A DNA stretch of 64,000 nt from a virus, in IMG/VR virus record IMGVR_UViG_3300010158_000028, positions 32,001 through 96,000 of that record; one strand, given 5' to 3'. The stretch's first letter is position 1. Each line of letters begins with the position of its first letter. Shown here piece after piece: positions 9,293-18,918 of the stretch. Position numbers and translations under genes: made by a program. The notes below the pieces were generated by a model. The model made no database searches. It was not told the origin of the DNA and worked only from the letters and a program-made list of their open reading frames with translations.

Positions 9293-10288
9293 TTATGATG
9301 CTTTCCCCCATACATCTCCCCATGAACCTCCTAATGCACCCTTTGCGTAATCTGTAGCACGATTCTCAAAAAAGTTTGTATGAACTGGTGCATTGATCAT
9401 CTCTTCAACCCATGGTAAGGGATTGCGTTTAACTTTATAAATGCCTTTAAGACCCAATGATATCAGTCTACGATCAGCAATATATCTTATATATGTTTTA
9501 ACATCTTTGGGTGTTAAACCTTCAATTGCACCTAGATTGAAACACAAATCGATGAACTTATCTTCCAACTCAACCATTCTCTCTGCAATACTATAGATTC
9601 TTTCTTTCAAATCATCATTCCATATCTCTTTGTTCTCTTCAATAAAGGTTCTAAACAACTTAATCATAGACTCAGCGTGCATTGTTTCATCTACAATAGA
9701 CCATGTAATAATCTGTCCCATACCCCTCATCTTACCATGTCGAGGAAAGTTTAATAACATAATGAATGAACTAAACAACTGCATACCTTCAGTAAATGCA
9801 CTGAATACAGCGATATGCGTAGCAGTATTATCTATTGTAGAATTCTGTCCTGATATATCTGTTACATAATCATGTTTCTCTACCATCTCTTTGTATTTCA
9901 TGAATTCATTATAGGTAGACTCTGGCATACCTAATGTTTCAATAAGATGACTATATGCTGCAATGTGTAATGCTTCTCTTGCTGCAAATCCCATCAACAT
10001 CATACGAACTTCTGGTTGAGGAAAATGGGGTAGATAGTTATTAACATAACCACCTGCAACATCAATATCACCTTGAGTAAAGAATCTAAAAATGTTTGTA
10101 AGAAATTTCTTTTCTTCGTCTGTTAGTTTCTTTTTCCAATCTTTAACATCTTCTAGCATTGGTACTTCACTATGAATCCAATGAGATTGTTCATGTTTCA
10201 ACCATGCATCATAGGCCCATGGATAGTTAAACGGTTTGAATGATACTCTCGTGTCTGTCAGTTTTGATTTTGTTTTTGCGGCGTTCAT
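9293..10288 (-). CDS. nrdB: Ribonucleotide reductase class Ia beta subunit
   Basis: Di-iron motifs EALH and DETMH, EGMQLFSSF, NFFENR..Y; likely start at the second Met. Confidence 0.97.
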   Translation of the reverse strand: MNAAKTKSKLTDTRVSFKPFNYPWAYDAWLKHEQSHWIHSEVPMLEDVKDWKKKLTDEEKKFLTNIFRFFTQGDIDVAGGYVNNYLPHFPQPEVRMMLMGFAAREALHIAAYSHLIETLGMPESTYNEFMKYKEMVEKHDYVTDISGQNSTIDNTATHIAVFSAFTEGMQLFSSFIMLLNFPRHGKMRGMGQIITWSIVDETMHAESMIKLFRTFIEENKEIWNDDLKERIYSIAERMVELEDKFIDLCFNLGAIEGLTPKDVKTYIRYIADRRLISLGLKGIYKVKRNPLPWVEEMINAPVHTNFFENRATDYAKGALGGSWGDVWGKAS

Positions 10289-10517
10289 ATTTCTTTGCTC
10301 CAATAATTGTTACATTGCTTTCTGTTTCTATCCATACTCTTGCACCACAAGATAATGGTTTATCTGGACTATACACTATTTTTGAAGGACCGTCAATAGA
10401 TACTTCATGACCATAAGTGTTTGTCTTTCCTTGTTTAACTGTAAGAACTGGTTCATTTTCTTTGTGTATTCTGTTACTCTTTATTATGTGTTGATTAACA
10501 TGAATAATAGTTTTCAT
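10227..10517 (-). CDS. Conserved hypothetical phage protein
   Basis: IHVNQH...PVLTVK...LSCGARVWIET. Confidence 0.7.
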   Translation of the reverse strand: MKTIIHVNQHIIKSNRIHKENEPVLTVKQGKTNTYGHEVSIDGPSKIVYSPDKPLSCGARVWIETESNVTIIGAKKYERRKNKIKTDRHESIIQTV

Positions 10518-10520
10518 TTT

Positions 10521-12329
10521 TTATCCTTCGCAAGCTAGACACTCGTTACCCTGAGCAATGGCAGTCATGTCTAATTCTTTAATTATGTTTCGTTCAATTC
10601 GTTTTGATATCTTATCTGCTTTACCAATCTTTTCACTACGGCAATAGTATAGTGTTTTCAGTCCACGTTTCCATGCTAAGAAGTGACAAGCATGTATGTA
10701 TTTGATATTTGCATCTGGTCTAAAGAATAGATTTAATGATTGTGATTGGTCAATATACAATTGTCTATCTGCAGCATGTTCAATTACCCACCGTTGATCT
10801 ATCTCCATTGATGTTTTGAATATATCTTTTTGATATGCATCTAAAATATCTAAATGTTGAACTGAACCATCATTAGCAATAATACTAGACCAGATATCAT
10901 TATAATCATTTTGATTAACTAAACCAGAATCATCTGCTAATTTAGTTTGAATGAATCTATCTAACCATTTGTTCTTTGCTAATGACGATCCAGATAATGT
11001 ATCCTGACGATAAGCATTAGCACGATAAGGCTCAATAGAAGGACTAGTGTTTCCCATAATGATAGAACTGGAAGCATTTGGTGCAATAGCCATAAGATGG
11101 GAGAAACGCAAACCACTGCCAACAGCATCTGGAGCTTCTCCTCTAAGTTGCCCCAACTCTTTATTGGCTTCATCTAGTTTACTCCTTATATTTTTAAACA
11201 TTCTAATGTTAGCTGATTTAGCAGAGGCACTTTCAAATGCAATTAGGTTCTTTTGTAGATACGCATGAAAACCGAGAGCGCCAACACCAATAGACCGTTC
11301 ACGCATAGCAGAATATCGTGCCCTTGATATGCTGTCAGGAGCATTATCAATGAAATACTGAAGAACATTATCGAGCATCTCTGCGGTGTCTCTAAGAAAT
11401 AATTTATCATCTTTCCAATCATCATAATACTCCAAGTTAAGTGAAGATAAACAACATACTGCTGTTCTATCTTTATTAGTCGGTAGAATAATCTCACTAC
11501 ACAAATTGCTTTGTTGAATCTTTAATCCTAATTTCTTTTGAAACTCTGGCATCTTAGCATTACTTGTATCAATATAATGAACATATGGTTCACCAGTCAA
11601 CATTCTATTCTCTAATAGTTTTTGCCATAACTCTCTTGCAGATACAACTTCACGAACAACACCTGAATTAGGATCTTTTAATTCCCATGAATCATCTGCT
11701 TGTGTATCATACATTGACTTCTCAACTAATCGCATGAAGTCATCTGTTACATTAACACCATGATGGAGATTCAATGCACGAAGATTTTGATCACCAGTAG
11801 GTTTTCTCATATCAAGAAACAATAAAATATCTGGATGTGATATATCTAAGTATGCTGCATAACTACCTCTACGTGTTCTGCCTTGACGATATGCTAAACA
11901 ACTTGCATCATATGTTTTTAGATGTGGCATGATGCCTACTGATTTATCATCTGAACTACGAATACCTAGACCAATACCTACACCACCACCTAACATTGAT
12001 AACCAGTTAACCTCCGATAAGCAATCGACCAGACCTTCAGCACTATCATGCAGATAAGGTAGAAAACAAGAAATAGGCAACCCACGCCTACTCCTCCCAA
12101 AAGAAAGAATAGGAGTAGAATATGACAACCAATGCTTACTGGAATAATCATAAAGACGTTGACCATGAGCTGAATCAGTTGCGAACATTTTTGATACATA
12201 AGCAAATCTCTCTTGTGGTAAAACTTCATCATCTTTCATGTAACTTTCTTTTAGTCTTTTCAAACCTAACTCATCAAACAAACTATCTCTACTGTAATCT
12301 ATTACTATCTCCGACATTTCATACTCCAT
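10521..12329 (-). CDS. nrdA: Ribonucleotide reductase class Ia alpha subunit (no ATP cone)
   Basis: SNLCSEI, IAPNASSS, KTLYY, C-terminal CLACEG. Confidence 0.97.
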   Translation of the reverse strand: MEYEMSEIVIDYSRDSLFDELGLKRLKESYMKDDEVLPQERFAYVSKMFATDSAHGQRLYDYSSKHWLSYSTPILSFGRSRRGLPISCFLPYLHDSAEGLVDCLSEVNWLSMLGGGVGIGLGIRSSDDKSVGIMPHLKTYDASCLAYRQGRTRRGSYAAYLDISHPDILLFLDMRKPTGDQNLRALNLHHGVNVTDDFMRLVEKSMYDTQADDSWELKDPNSGVVREVVSARELWQKLLENRMLTGEPYVHYIDTSNAKMPEFQKKLGLKIQQSNLCSEIILPTNKDRTAVCCLSSLNLEYYDDWKDDKLFLRDTAEMLDNVLQYFIDNAPDSISRARYSAMRERSIGVGALGFHAYLQKNLIAFESASAKSANIRMFKNIRSKLDEANKELGQLRGEAPDAVGSGLRFSHLMAIAPNASSSIIMGNTSPSIEPYRANAYRQDTLSGSSLAKNKWLDRFIQTKLADDSGLVNQNDYNDIWSSIIANDGSVQHLDILDAYQKDIFKTSMEIDQRWVIEHAADRQLYIDQSQSLNLFFRPDANIKYIHACHFLAWKRGLKTLYYCRSEKIGKADKISKRIERNIIKELDMTAIAQGNECLACEG

Positions 12330-12331
12330 TT

Positions 12332-12982
12332 TTATTGTTCTATAAATTCTTTTATCATAGGAAAAATTGGTTCAATTATATTTGCACATTCTATTGCAAT
12401 CTCTCTGTGTTCTTTTTGTGTACCGTTGCCACTTCGTAATTGTATATAATGTATCCAACTTCTCACTGTGCCATTCATGTATAACTTAGACATGGTCATA
12501 CCTTCTGGCATTACTGCTCTTGCTTGTTCTTTCGCAATACCATTATCTATTGCCCATTGATAAGCATTCATTGCATGATTAGATACTACTACTTGTTGCA
12601 TACGCCATTGATTCTCTAATTCTTCATTATCAGTTTCAATACTATTTTGACGATTCTTTGTATCTTGGAGTCTTGCTTCTTTGTATTCAACACCTAATAT
12701 TGTTGCATTAGCATATCGTTGACTAAACTCTTGAAAACTAAAACTACGGTGTCTTAAAATCTGTCGTGCAATATCTCTTGTTGTTGATATCTCTAAACAA
12801 ATATTGACAACCTCAAATGGTGACCAATGATTGTTTTTAATCAAATATTGAATTAACTTTTGAGAATTCAACATATTGTTTTGATTATCAGGATTGGATA
12901 CTCTTGCACAGTGCGCCACTTGTGTTTCTATATCACCGTCTAATTCATGAAACTTACTATAACTGATTAACTTTACTTGCAT
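12332..12982 (-). CDS. thyX: Flavin-dependent thymidylate synthase
   Basis: RHRSFSFQEFSQRY, HWSPFE, KEQAR. Confidence 0.95.
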   Translation of the reverse strand: MQVKLISYSKFHELDGDIETQVAHCARVSNPDNQNNMLNSQKLIQYLIKNNHWSPFEVVNICLEISTTRDIARQILRHRSFSFQEFSQRYANATILGVEYKEARLQDTKNRQNSIETDNEELENQWRMQQVVVSNHAMNAYQWAIDNGIAKEQARAVMPEGMTMSKLYMNGTVRSWIHYIQLRSGNGTQKEHREIAIECANIIEPIFPMIKEFIEQ

Positions 12983-12985
12983 AAT

Positions 12986-14017
12986 CTATACTTTCTTCCA
13001 AAATGTAAATTTAGTCTGTGCCCTGAGTCCCTCAAATGTATTACTACTTATAATATCCTGTAACTCACTTTGTGACATTCCATTCATAATCATCTCATTA
13101 ATATCCTTACCTTTGATTGTATCTGGCCAAATTACTACATTATGACCTAACTTGATTGCATTTTGCATTAACTTCATCACTTCTTTATTACGTGGTTCAT
13201 TATCATAAATCAAAATTATTTTTTTTGCATCAACATTTTTTGATGTCAATGCAAGATTGGAATCACCTGATGCTAGGCAGTTATTTAGAAACAAAGAATC
13301 AATCGGACCTTCCACAATATATACTGGTTCGTCTAGATTAACTCTATCCATACCATACACTAGTTTTTCTTTACTCTCATTTGTTCGTAGAGTAACATAC
13401 CTTAACTTCTCACTGGCATTTTCTAATGCACGACCAGATATTGCAATTAAACTGTTGTTTTTATCATAGAAGGGTATGACTAGTCGTTTATCTGCGGTTA
13501 TCTCTTTTCCATGCGATGGATATATTTCATCACAGAACTTCTTGTAATTATCAGTATAATACAACATACCAAGAATATCTTTAGTCATCTTACGTGATTC
13601 ACAATACTTAATACAGAAATGTTCTTTTGATAGTTTATCACATCTTTCTGCATTTTCATATTGCACATCGGTCTTTAATTTACCAAATGTAAATGATGGT
13701 ATATCTACTGCAATCTTAATCTTTTTATCTTTGAATACTTCACCAGATTTGTATCGTTCCATTAAATATTCTTTGAATAGACTACCATCTAATGTTTTAA
13801 TAAGATTGCCAATACTCATACTCTGTCCACAATTGTGACAGCGATAGAATAGATTGTTTACTTTACGGTAGATATAACCCCGCATCTTGTTGGGATTCTT
13901 TTTAGAATCACCACACAAAGGACAACGGCAAGAAAATAGGTAATCTTGCTTGCGTTGAAACTTTTCAAACCGTGGAGTTAATAGGAGAGTATACTTAAGA
14001 TCAATTGACAATGACAT
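12986..14017 (-). CDS. 61: DNA primase (T4 gp61)
   Basis: CPLCGDS zinc finger, CHNC, TOPRIM EGPIDS and DNEPR. Confidence 0.95.
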   Translation of the reverse strand: MSLSIDLKYTLLLTPRFEKFQRKQDYLFSCRCPLCGDSKKNPNKMRGYIYRKVNNLFYRCHNCGQSMSIGNLIKTLDGSLFKEYLMERYKSGEVFKDKKIKIAVDIPSFTFGKLKTDVQYENAERCDKLSKEHFCIKYCESRKMTKDILGMLYYTDNYKKFCDEIYPSHGKEITADKRLVIPFYDKNNSLIAISGRALENASEKLRYVTLRTNESKEKLVYGMDRVNLDEPVYIVEGPIDSLFLNNCLASGDSNLALTSKNVDAKKIILIYDNEPRNKEVMKLMQNAIKLGHNVVIWPDTIKGKDINEMIMNGMSQSELQDIISSNTFEGLRAQTKFTFWKKV

Positions 14018-14038
14018 GATTCACCATAATAAAGAAAC

Positions 14039-14067
14039 ATTATAACACAAACTACTCAATACAACAA
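14039..14067 (-). promoter_or_regulatory. Sigma70-type promoter for primase
   Basis: TTGTTG-17-TATAAT with extended -10 TG. Confidence 0.55.
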
Positions 14068-14086
14068 GGTTAAATTAGATGATTAC

Positions 14087-14326
14087 CTAAAATAACTTAT
14101 CTAGTTTAATGTGCGCCAATATATACCCAATAACAACTGCACCACCAAATATCATGAACCGCCACTTCTCAAGGATAGAAATTCTATCTGAGACAGAATC
14201 AAACTTTTCCATTAAACACCGGTGTTGTTCTTTTTGTTCTGCTCTAATCTCTTTTAATTCATCAACAACGAATTGAACTTTATTTTCCAAGACGGCTATC
14301 CTTGATTGAGTGTCTATCATTTCCAT
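14087..14326 (-). CDS. Coiled-coil plus C-terminal TM protein (XhlA-like/holin-associated)
   Basis: RIAVLE coiled coil; LEKWR followed by a hydrophobic helix. Confidence 0.55.
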   Translation of the reverse strand: MEMIDTQSRIAVLENKVQFVVDELKEIRAEQKEQHRCLMEKFDSVSDRISILEKWRFMIFGGAVVIGYILAHIKLDKLF

Positions 14327-14327
14327 T

Positions 14328-14537
14328 TTATTTCTTAGATGCCTTCTCTGGTACTTTGGTGCCTTCTAACTTTTTATGCACTTTGATTTTCTTGCAGTCT
14401 TGTGCAGTCTTACCAGTTTTCTTATCTACAACGGGTTTACCATCTTTACCTACACGGTCATGGCATACTTCTTTTACTTCTGCAGCATTAACATTATACA
14501 CGAATAACATCAAAAGTGTGGCAATTATGTTTTTCAT
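14328..14537 (-). CDS. Small secreted Lys-rich protein
   Basis: Signal peptide (VNA/A), two Cys. Confidence 0.6.
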   Translation of the reverse strand: MKNIIATLLMLFVYNVNAAEVKEVCHDRVGKDGKPVVDKKTGKTAQDCKKIKVHKKLEGTKVPEKASKK

Positions 14538-14545
14538 GATAGTCC

Positions 14546-14980
14546 TTATAGTGGTGGTTCTGCGGCAGGCGCAGGTGCAAGTTTACCTGTTGATGAATAT
14601 GATACTGGTGCTGATGTTGGAACAACTGCAGGTGCGGGTGTATATGTTGGAACTGGTGTTGGAGTAGGTGTTACAACTGGTGTAACTGGCGGTGGATTTA
14701 CTGCTGCACCAGCAACCTTCTCTTGTGTTCTACCATAAGCAGATACACCTAATACTGCACCCATTGCAACATGAAACAATCCACCACCTTGCAGTGTAAT
14801 TGGTACCCATTGTCTAAATGCATCATTAGCTGCTTGAACTTCCCAGAACTGAACGATAGTAAACATTATTGGAAACAATGCAAAGTCACACAAACAACAA
14901 AACATATACATAAATGCCATCATGGGACGCCACTTCTTTTGCATCCAATCTTCTTCTTTTTTCTCTACGATATCAGCCAT
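14546..14980 (-). CDS. Holin, GTA 3TM-holin-like
   Basis: KWRP.M...Y, TM helices, LG..AYGRT.EK; Pro/Thr-rich tail. Confidence 0.7.
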   Translation of the reverse strand: MADIVEKKEEDWMQKKWRPMMAFMYMFCCLCDFALFPIMFTIVQFWEVQAANDAFRQWVPITLQGGGLFHVAMGAVLGVSAYGRTQEKVAGAAVNPPPVTPVVTPTPTPVPTYTPAPAVVPTSAPVSYSSTGKLAPAPAAEPPL

Positions 14981-14991
14981 ATTATTTTCCT

Positions 14992-15297
14992 TTAATTACT
15001 TACTAAAACTGTTCTATAACAATTACAATTTGCATCTAAAATTTGTTCGTAATGATAACCTATTGGTGCACCTGGTTGAATATATGTAACGGGTGGTGGA
15101 TTATATATCATTGGAGGTTGATTATATATCACAGTTGGTCGTGACATAATATATCCTGCAGTAGCACCAAGTAACAATGGTGCTACCCATGAACTGCGAT
15201 TTGGTTCTCTGTAGTATCCACCGTGATGACCGTGATGATGTTGTGCTAATACATTACTTGATACCAATAATGTAATAACTAACAATATCTTTTTCAT
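14992..15297 (-). CDS. Secreted Pro/His-rich protein
   Basis: Signal peptide from MKKILL; HHHGHHGGYY, WVAPLLLG, PPPV. Confidence 0.6.
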   Translation of the reverse strand: MKKILLVITLLVSSNVLAQHHHGHHGGYYREPNRSSWVAPLLLGATAGYIMSRPTVIYNQPPMIYNPPPVTYIQPGAPIGYHYEQILDANCNCYRTVLVSN

Positions 15298-15298
15298 G

Positions 15299-15934
15299 TT
15301 ACCCTCCAAATACGTGAAGTGCATGATCGTAATGTTTTTGTCTATCTGCTAAACCTAATGTACCACCATTGATTCGTTTAGTCATTGTTAAGATATCACC
15401 CTTATCAGCAAAGGTATTTAAATTGTTTGTTTCCCAAAACCAACATGCAGATTGTGCAGCACCTTCAAATGTTCCAAGATACTCTGGCACATCATCAATT
15501 GACATTTCTAAACTATCTGCGAATGCCTGATAGTTATTCTTACCTGTTAATTGAATTAGTCCACGACCACAATACTTCCAACCATCACCAGATGCTTCAT
15601 CACCATTACCCATACGACTACCATAGGCACGATTAGCAATCTTTGGTTGATTGTGTGCGTATTGTGCTGCGATTGATGGCATATCAGGTGGAAACAATCT
15701 TGGCCATACTCTTGATAGTGATGCAGCTGTGTAGTTTAAATTCTCTTTCAATGCTCTAAAGTTACCACTCTCGTGAGCACACTGAGCAATAAATGCTGCG
15801 GCACGTTTAGGTGTGTTAATCTCATAATCAGGTAATAGAATGTTTAATGCATCAAACCAATGGTCAACATATGGATTACCCTGAATACATTGTCCTAGTT
15901 TTTGTGCTGTAAAATCAAATGTAAATTCACTCAT
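15299..15934 (-). CDS. Endolysin, glycoside hydrolase family 19
   Basis: AAFIAQCAHES, ENLNY, GRGLIQLTGK.NY, TKRINGG..GL.DR. Confidence 0.92.
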   Translation of the reverse strand: MSEFTFDFTAQKLGQCIQGNPYVDHWFDALNILLPDYEINTPKRAAAFIAQCAHESGNFRALKENLNYTAASLSRVWPRLFPPDMPSIAAQYAHNQPKIANRAYGSRMGNGDEASGDGWKYCGRGLIQLTGKNNYQAFADSLEMSIDDVPEYLGTFEGAAQSACWFWETNNLNTFADKGDILTMTKRINGGTLGLADRQKHYDHALHVFGG

Positions 15935-15942
15935 AAAATCTC

Positions 15943-16149
15943 CTAGGCAACTGCCCTTGCAATGTTAATAATATTTACCAGTATTTCTCTATACATAATG
16001 TTTTCATCTAGATATGCAGTTTGATCTTCTATTGATTGCATAACATTCATACTTTCAATTAACTCTTTAAATTCATCTGCAGAGATAGTACCTGCAGAGT
16101 ATGCTTCTTTAATATCTGATGCTTGTTGTGCTAGTGCTTGTAAACTCAT
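15943..16149 (-). CDS. Hypothetical protein
   Basis: ORF coupled to neighbours. Confidence 0.55.
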   Translation of the reverse strand: MSLQALAQQASDIKEAYSAGTISADEFKELIESMNVMQSIEDQTAYLDENIMYREILVNIINIARAVA

Positions 16150-16571
16150 GATCGTGGCCTCTTAGCAATTACTTTCTGAATTTCTTCTGCGGATGATGCT
16201 ATAGATTTTAATTTTAACTCACAATATGTTTTATTAATTTCTTTTGATGTGTTATATCGTTTCTGTAAATCTGTAGTAAGCACATGAAGTAAATCTACAG
16301 GTTTAAATGTTTGTTCGTTTCTTGGTAGATACTGACTGTAATTCTTTAATTCATGTGCCATATCGTTTAGATTTTCTGATATAACTTTGATTGTGGCACT
16401 ATCATTACAGTATGGTTGTGCTAATTCTGCAGTTGATCTTACTTTATTGATTAAATTATATTCGCCTGGATCATATTGTGCAATCATGAATCTATCAATA
16501 GAAGAACATCCTGACAAGTATACTAAAGGCAAACCAGATACAAATAATAACACACATAATAGGTTTTTCAT
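16146..16571 (-). CDS. Putative lipoprotein
   Basis: Signal peptide with lipobox LSGC. Confidence 0.6.
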   Translation of the reverse strand: MKNLLCVLLFVSGLPLVYLSGCSSIDRFMIAQYDPGEYNLINKVRSTAELAQPYCNDSATIKVISENLNDMAHELKNYSQYLPRNEQTFKPVDLLHVLTTDLQKRYNTSKEINKTYCELKLKSIASSAEEIQKVIAKRPRS

Positions 16572-17158
16572 TTCAATTTTTCCTCATATATTTTCTTTTG
16601 TTCTTTATACCACTGTTGCCAACCTATTACTTGTTCTCTGGTTTGGTAGTAGGTTGCGTAGTTGTCTGTGACAGTTCGTAGGACATCACTAATTTTAACT
16701 TTGGAGGTTCCTTCAACAGTGCTTCCGGTACTTGGGGAAACGGTATTTTGACTGGCACTGTCGTGGAGCACGATTGCAGCATTAGACAACTCACACTTAT
16801 TGTCATACTTAGTAACAATGGTTTCAATAACTTTAACATTTTCATTGGCATTCTCTCTTACTATTTTAACTCTATCAACATATTTAGTCTGAATAACAGT
16901 ATTAACTTTTTCAGATTCTACTTTAACTTCTTCTACTTTTGTTTCTATCTCTGCAATTCTGGCACGATAATCTTTTGTGCCGTAATAATTACCTTCATAG
17001 AATACACCAAATAGAATAATTACTAATGCAAATGGTATTACTAATATCTTATATGGTCCTGCAAAATAACTACCAATGAATACTACAAAACCAAACAATA
17101 CAATACCATGAATTGCCCATAGTAATGATTCAGTTGGTATTAGACTCATCAAAAACAT
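16568..17158 (-). CDS. Inner-membrane spanin (Rz-like)
   Basis: N-terminal TM helices, coiled coil, late Cys; carries an embedded lipoprotein ORF. Confidence 0.7.
   Translation of the reverse strand: MFLMSLIPTESLLWAIHGIVLFGFVVFIGSYFAGPYKILVIPFALVIILFGVFYEGNYYGTKDYRARIAEIETKVEEVKVESEKVNTVIQTKYVDRVKIVRENANENVKVIETIVTKYDNKCELSNAAIVLHDSASQNTVSPSTGSTVEGTSKVKISDVLRTVTDNYATYYQTREQVIGWQQWYKEQKKIYEEKLK
16627..16851 (-). CDS. Outer-membrane spanin lipoprotein (Rz1-like), embedded in the i-spanin
   Basis: Signal peptide, lipobox LQSC, Pro-rich mature part (PVKIPFPQVP..LL..PP.L), alternate frame. Confidence 0.75.
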   Translation of the reverse strand: MPMKMLKLLKPLLLSMTISVSCLMLQSCSTTVPVKIPFPQVPEALLKEPPKLKLVMSYELSQTTTQPTTKPENK

Positions 17159-17622
17159 TAGTTACCTTTACCATATCTCAGATACATCATTGCACCAGTT
17201 TGTTCATCTTCAAGAACAATACCTTCTTTCCAATTTCTATTTGCAAATTCAGCAATCTCTTTACTTATCTCTGCATCACCTAGATATGCTTCAAATCTCA
17301 TACCTTTACGTTTTAACATTCGTGCCATTACAAAATTCTTTGTTGGAACTTTAAATACTTGTGAACCAGCAAACTTCTTTCTCTTTTCTATACCAGGTTC
17401 TGCAAATCTACCTGTACCTAGACCCGCAATCTGACCACCACCAACATTATTGGTGATTGCGCCTTCTCCATCTTCACCTAGATGTTTGAAGTATTGAACT
17501 TGACGTTCTCTTTTTTCTGCACCTTCTTTAGAAGGATAAGTACCTAGATTCTTACCTGTTTTCTTTGAAACAAGTCTATAACCACCATCTACTTTTACAA
17601 TATGTTCTTTGAATGATATCAT
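17158..17622 (-). CDS. Hypothetical, putative head-internal protein
   Basis: N-terminal MISFKE resembles the T4 capsid-targeting sequence. Confidence 0.55.
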   Translation of the reverse strand: MISFKEHIVKVDGGYRLVSKKTGKNLGTYPSKEGAEKRERQVQYFKHLGEDGEGAITNNVGGGQIAGLGTGRFAEPGIEKRKKFAGSQVFKVPTKNFVMARMLKRKGMRFEAYLGDAEISKEIAEFANRNWKEGIVLEDEQTGAMMYLRYGKGN

Positions 17623-18011
17623 TTAATTTGCCTTAATACTTCTGCAATTTCCATATCAACAGGAATATCTGCAGAGATAATATTCTTGTCTCTAATACCT
17701 TTTACAACTGATGGCATATAATTCAAATATAACAAATACGTTTTCAATGCAGGGTAATCATCAAGAGTCATCTTATAAAATAGAATTCTCGTTGATGCTT
17801 CTACACCAAAAACATTATATATTACTACTAGATGATTAATAACTAATCGTTCTCTTAACTCACCATACTTGCGATACCGAAGCAATAGTCTCTTAATGTA
17901 ATTAAACTTTTTCATGTCTTGAGTAAATTCACTCATAATGCAGTTAGGTTTGTCATAGGCCTTTGCTGCATACAATAATATATTGTTACTGTTTAACGAA
18001 TCAAAAGTCAT
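17619..18011 (-). CDS. Conserved T4-like phage hypothetical protein
   Basis: YDKPNC..EF..D.K...YIKRL; ERL..NH....YNVFG. Confidence 0.7.
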   Translation of the reverse strand: MTFDSLNSNNILLYAAKAYDKPNCIMSEFTQDMKKFNYIKRLLLRYRKYGELRERLVINHLVVIYNVFGVEASTRILFYKMTLDDYPALKTYLLYLNYMPSVVKGIRDKNIISADIPVDMEIAEVLRQIK

Positions 18012-18331
18012 TAAGTTTCTTCGGTATCTTCCTCATCTGATAGTAATTCTTCTATACGTTCACTGTTACCCATCTCAGCATAGAATTCATAATAACCATC
18101 ATCTGTTTTGCCATATATTACATATACAAGTCCTGCAACTTCTTCAGTTTCAATCTTCTTTGCACTTAATACAAATTCATCATCATCTGGATTTAACCCA
18201 TAGATTACAGGCATATCCAGACGATGATTGTATAAAATGCTTCTGATTCTTTGTATGCCAGATTCTGGTGTTAAGATATTCTTATCCAGATTTTCAGACA
18301 AAGAATCATTTACTTCATCAAAATTATCCAT
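18011..18331 (-). CDS. Acidic hypothetical protein
   Basis: ORF coupled to neighbours. Confidence 0.55.
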   Translation of the reverse strand: MDNFDEVNDSLSENLDKNILTPESGIQRIRSILYNHRLDMPVIYGLNPDDDEFVLSAKKIETEEVAGLVYVIYGKTDDGYYEFYAEMGNSERIEELLSDEEDTEET

Positions 18332-18888
18332 TAAGTATCAGGGAAGATTGTATCTTCATCATCAGCAACACTATTACTCATAGAACCCATTGCAACTAAA
18401 GTTTCTACCTGAGCCCGACCAGCACGACCGCCTACGGTAACTGTAAATGCTGCATTACCTGATGGAGGAACTGCAGTAGGTGCAGATGTGAAAGAACCAG
18501 GATTAGTGATTGCAAAACTATTAACTGATCCATTGGCATTAACTATTACAGTTGCAACCGCTGGTGTAGCACCTGTGCCACCGCCCGAAAATGTAACAGA
18601 ACCATTTGTTGTATAAGCATTTGTATTAGCAGTAATAGAAATAATACCACCTGTACCAGCTTTACGTAAATTCCATCCAGCATGTTGTGGATGTGATGCT
18701 GATGATTCTGATACTTTTTGTTCGGTAGGATCTACACCAAAAACACCTAATGCTTGACCAGTCCGAAATTGTCCAATTTTTGTGTTACTTAAAGTTGTTG
18801 TAGTAGTTACTGCATTTGCAGTAGACCGAGCAAAACCTGGAAATTTCAGGTTACCCGCTGCATTGTCTGTGTTTCCCCATAAAGCCAT
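18331..18888 (-). CDS. Virion structural protein
   Basis: MALWG..D...HAGW...GR...ETLVAM..DD.. pattern; late promoter and SD AAGGAG upstream. Confidence 0.6.
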   Translation of the reverse strand: MALWGNTDNAAGNLKFPGFARSTANAVTTTTTLSNTKIGQFRTGQALGVFGVDPTEQKVSESSASHPQHAGWNLRKAGTGGIISITANTNAYTTNGSVTFSGGGTGATPAVATVIVNANGSVNSFAITNPGSFTSAPTAVPPSGNAAFTVTVGGRAGRAQVETLVAMGSMSNSVADDEDTIFPDT

Positions 18889-18910
18889 TTGAATCTCCTT
18901 TGTTATTTGT

Positions 18911-18918
18911 TATTTATT
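18911..18918 (-). promoter_or_regulatory. T4-type late promoter variant
   Basis: AATAAATA upstream of the start at 18888. Confidence 0.5.
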
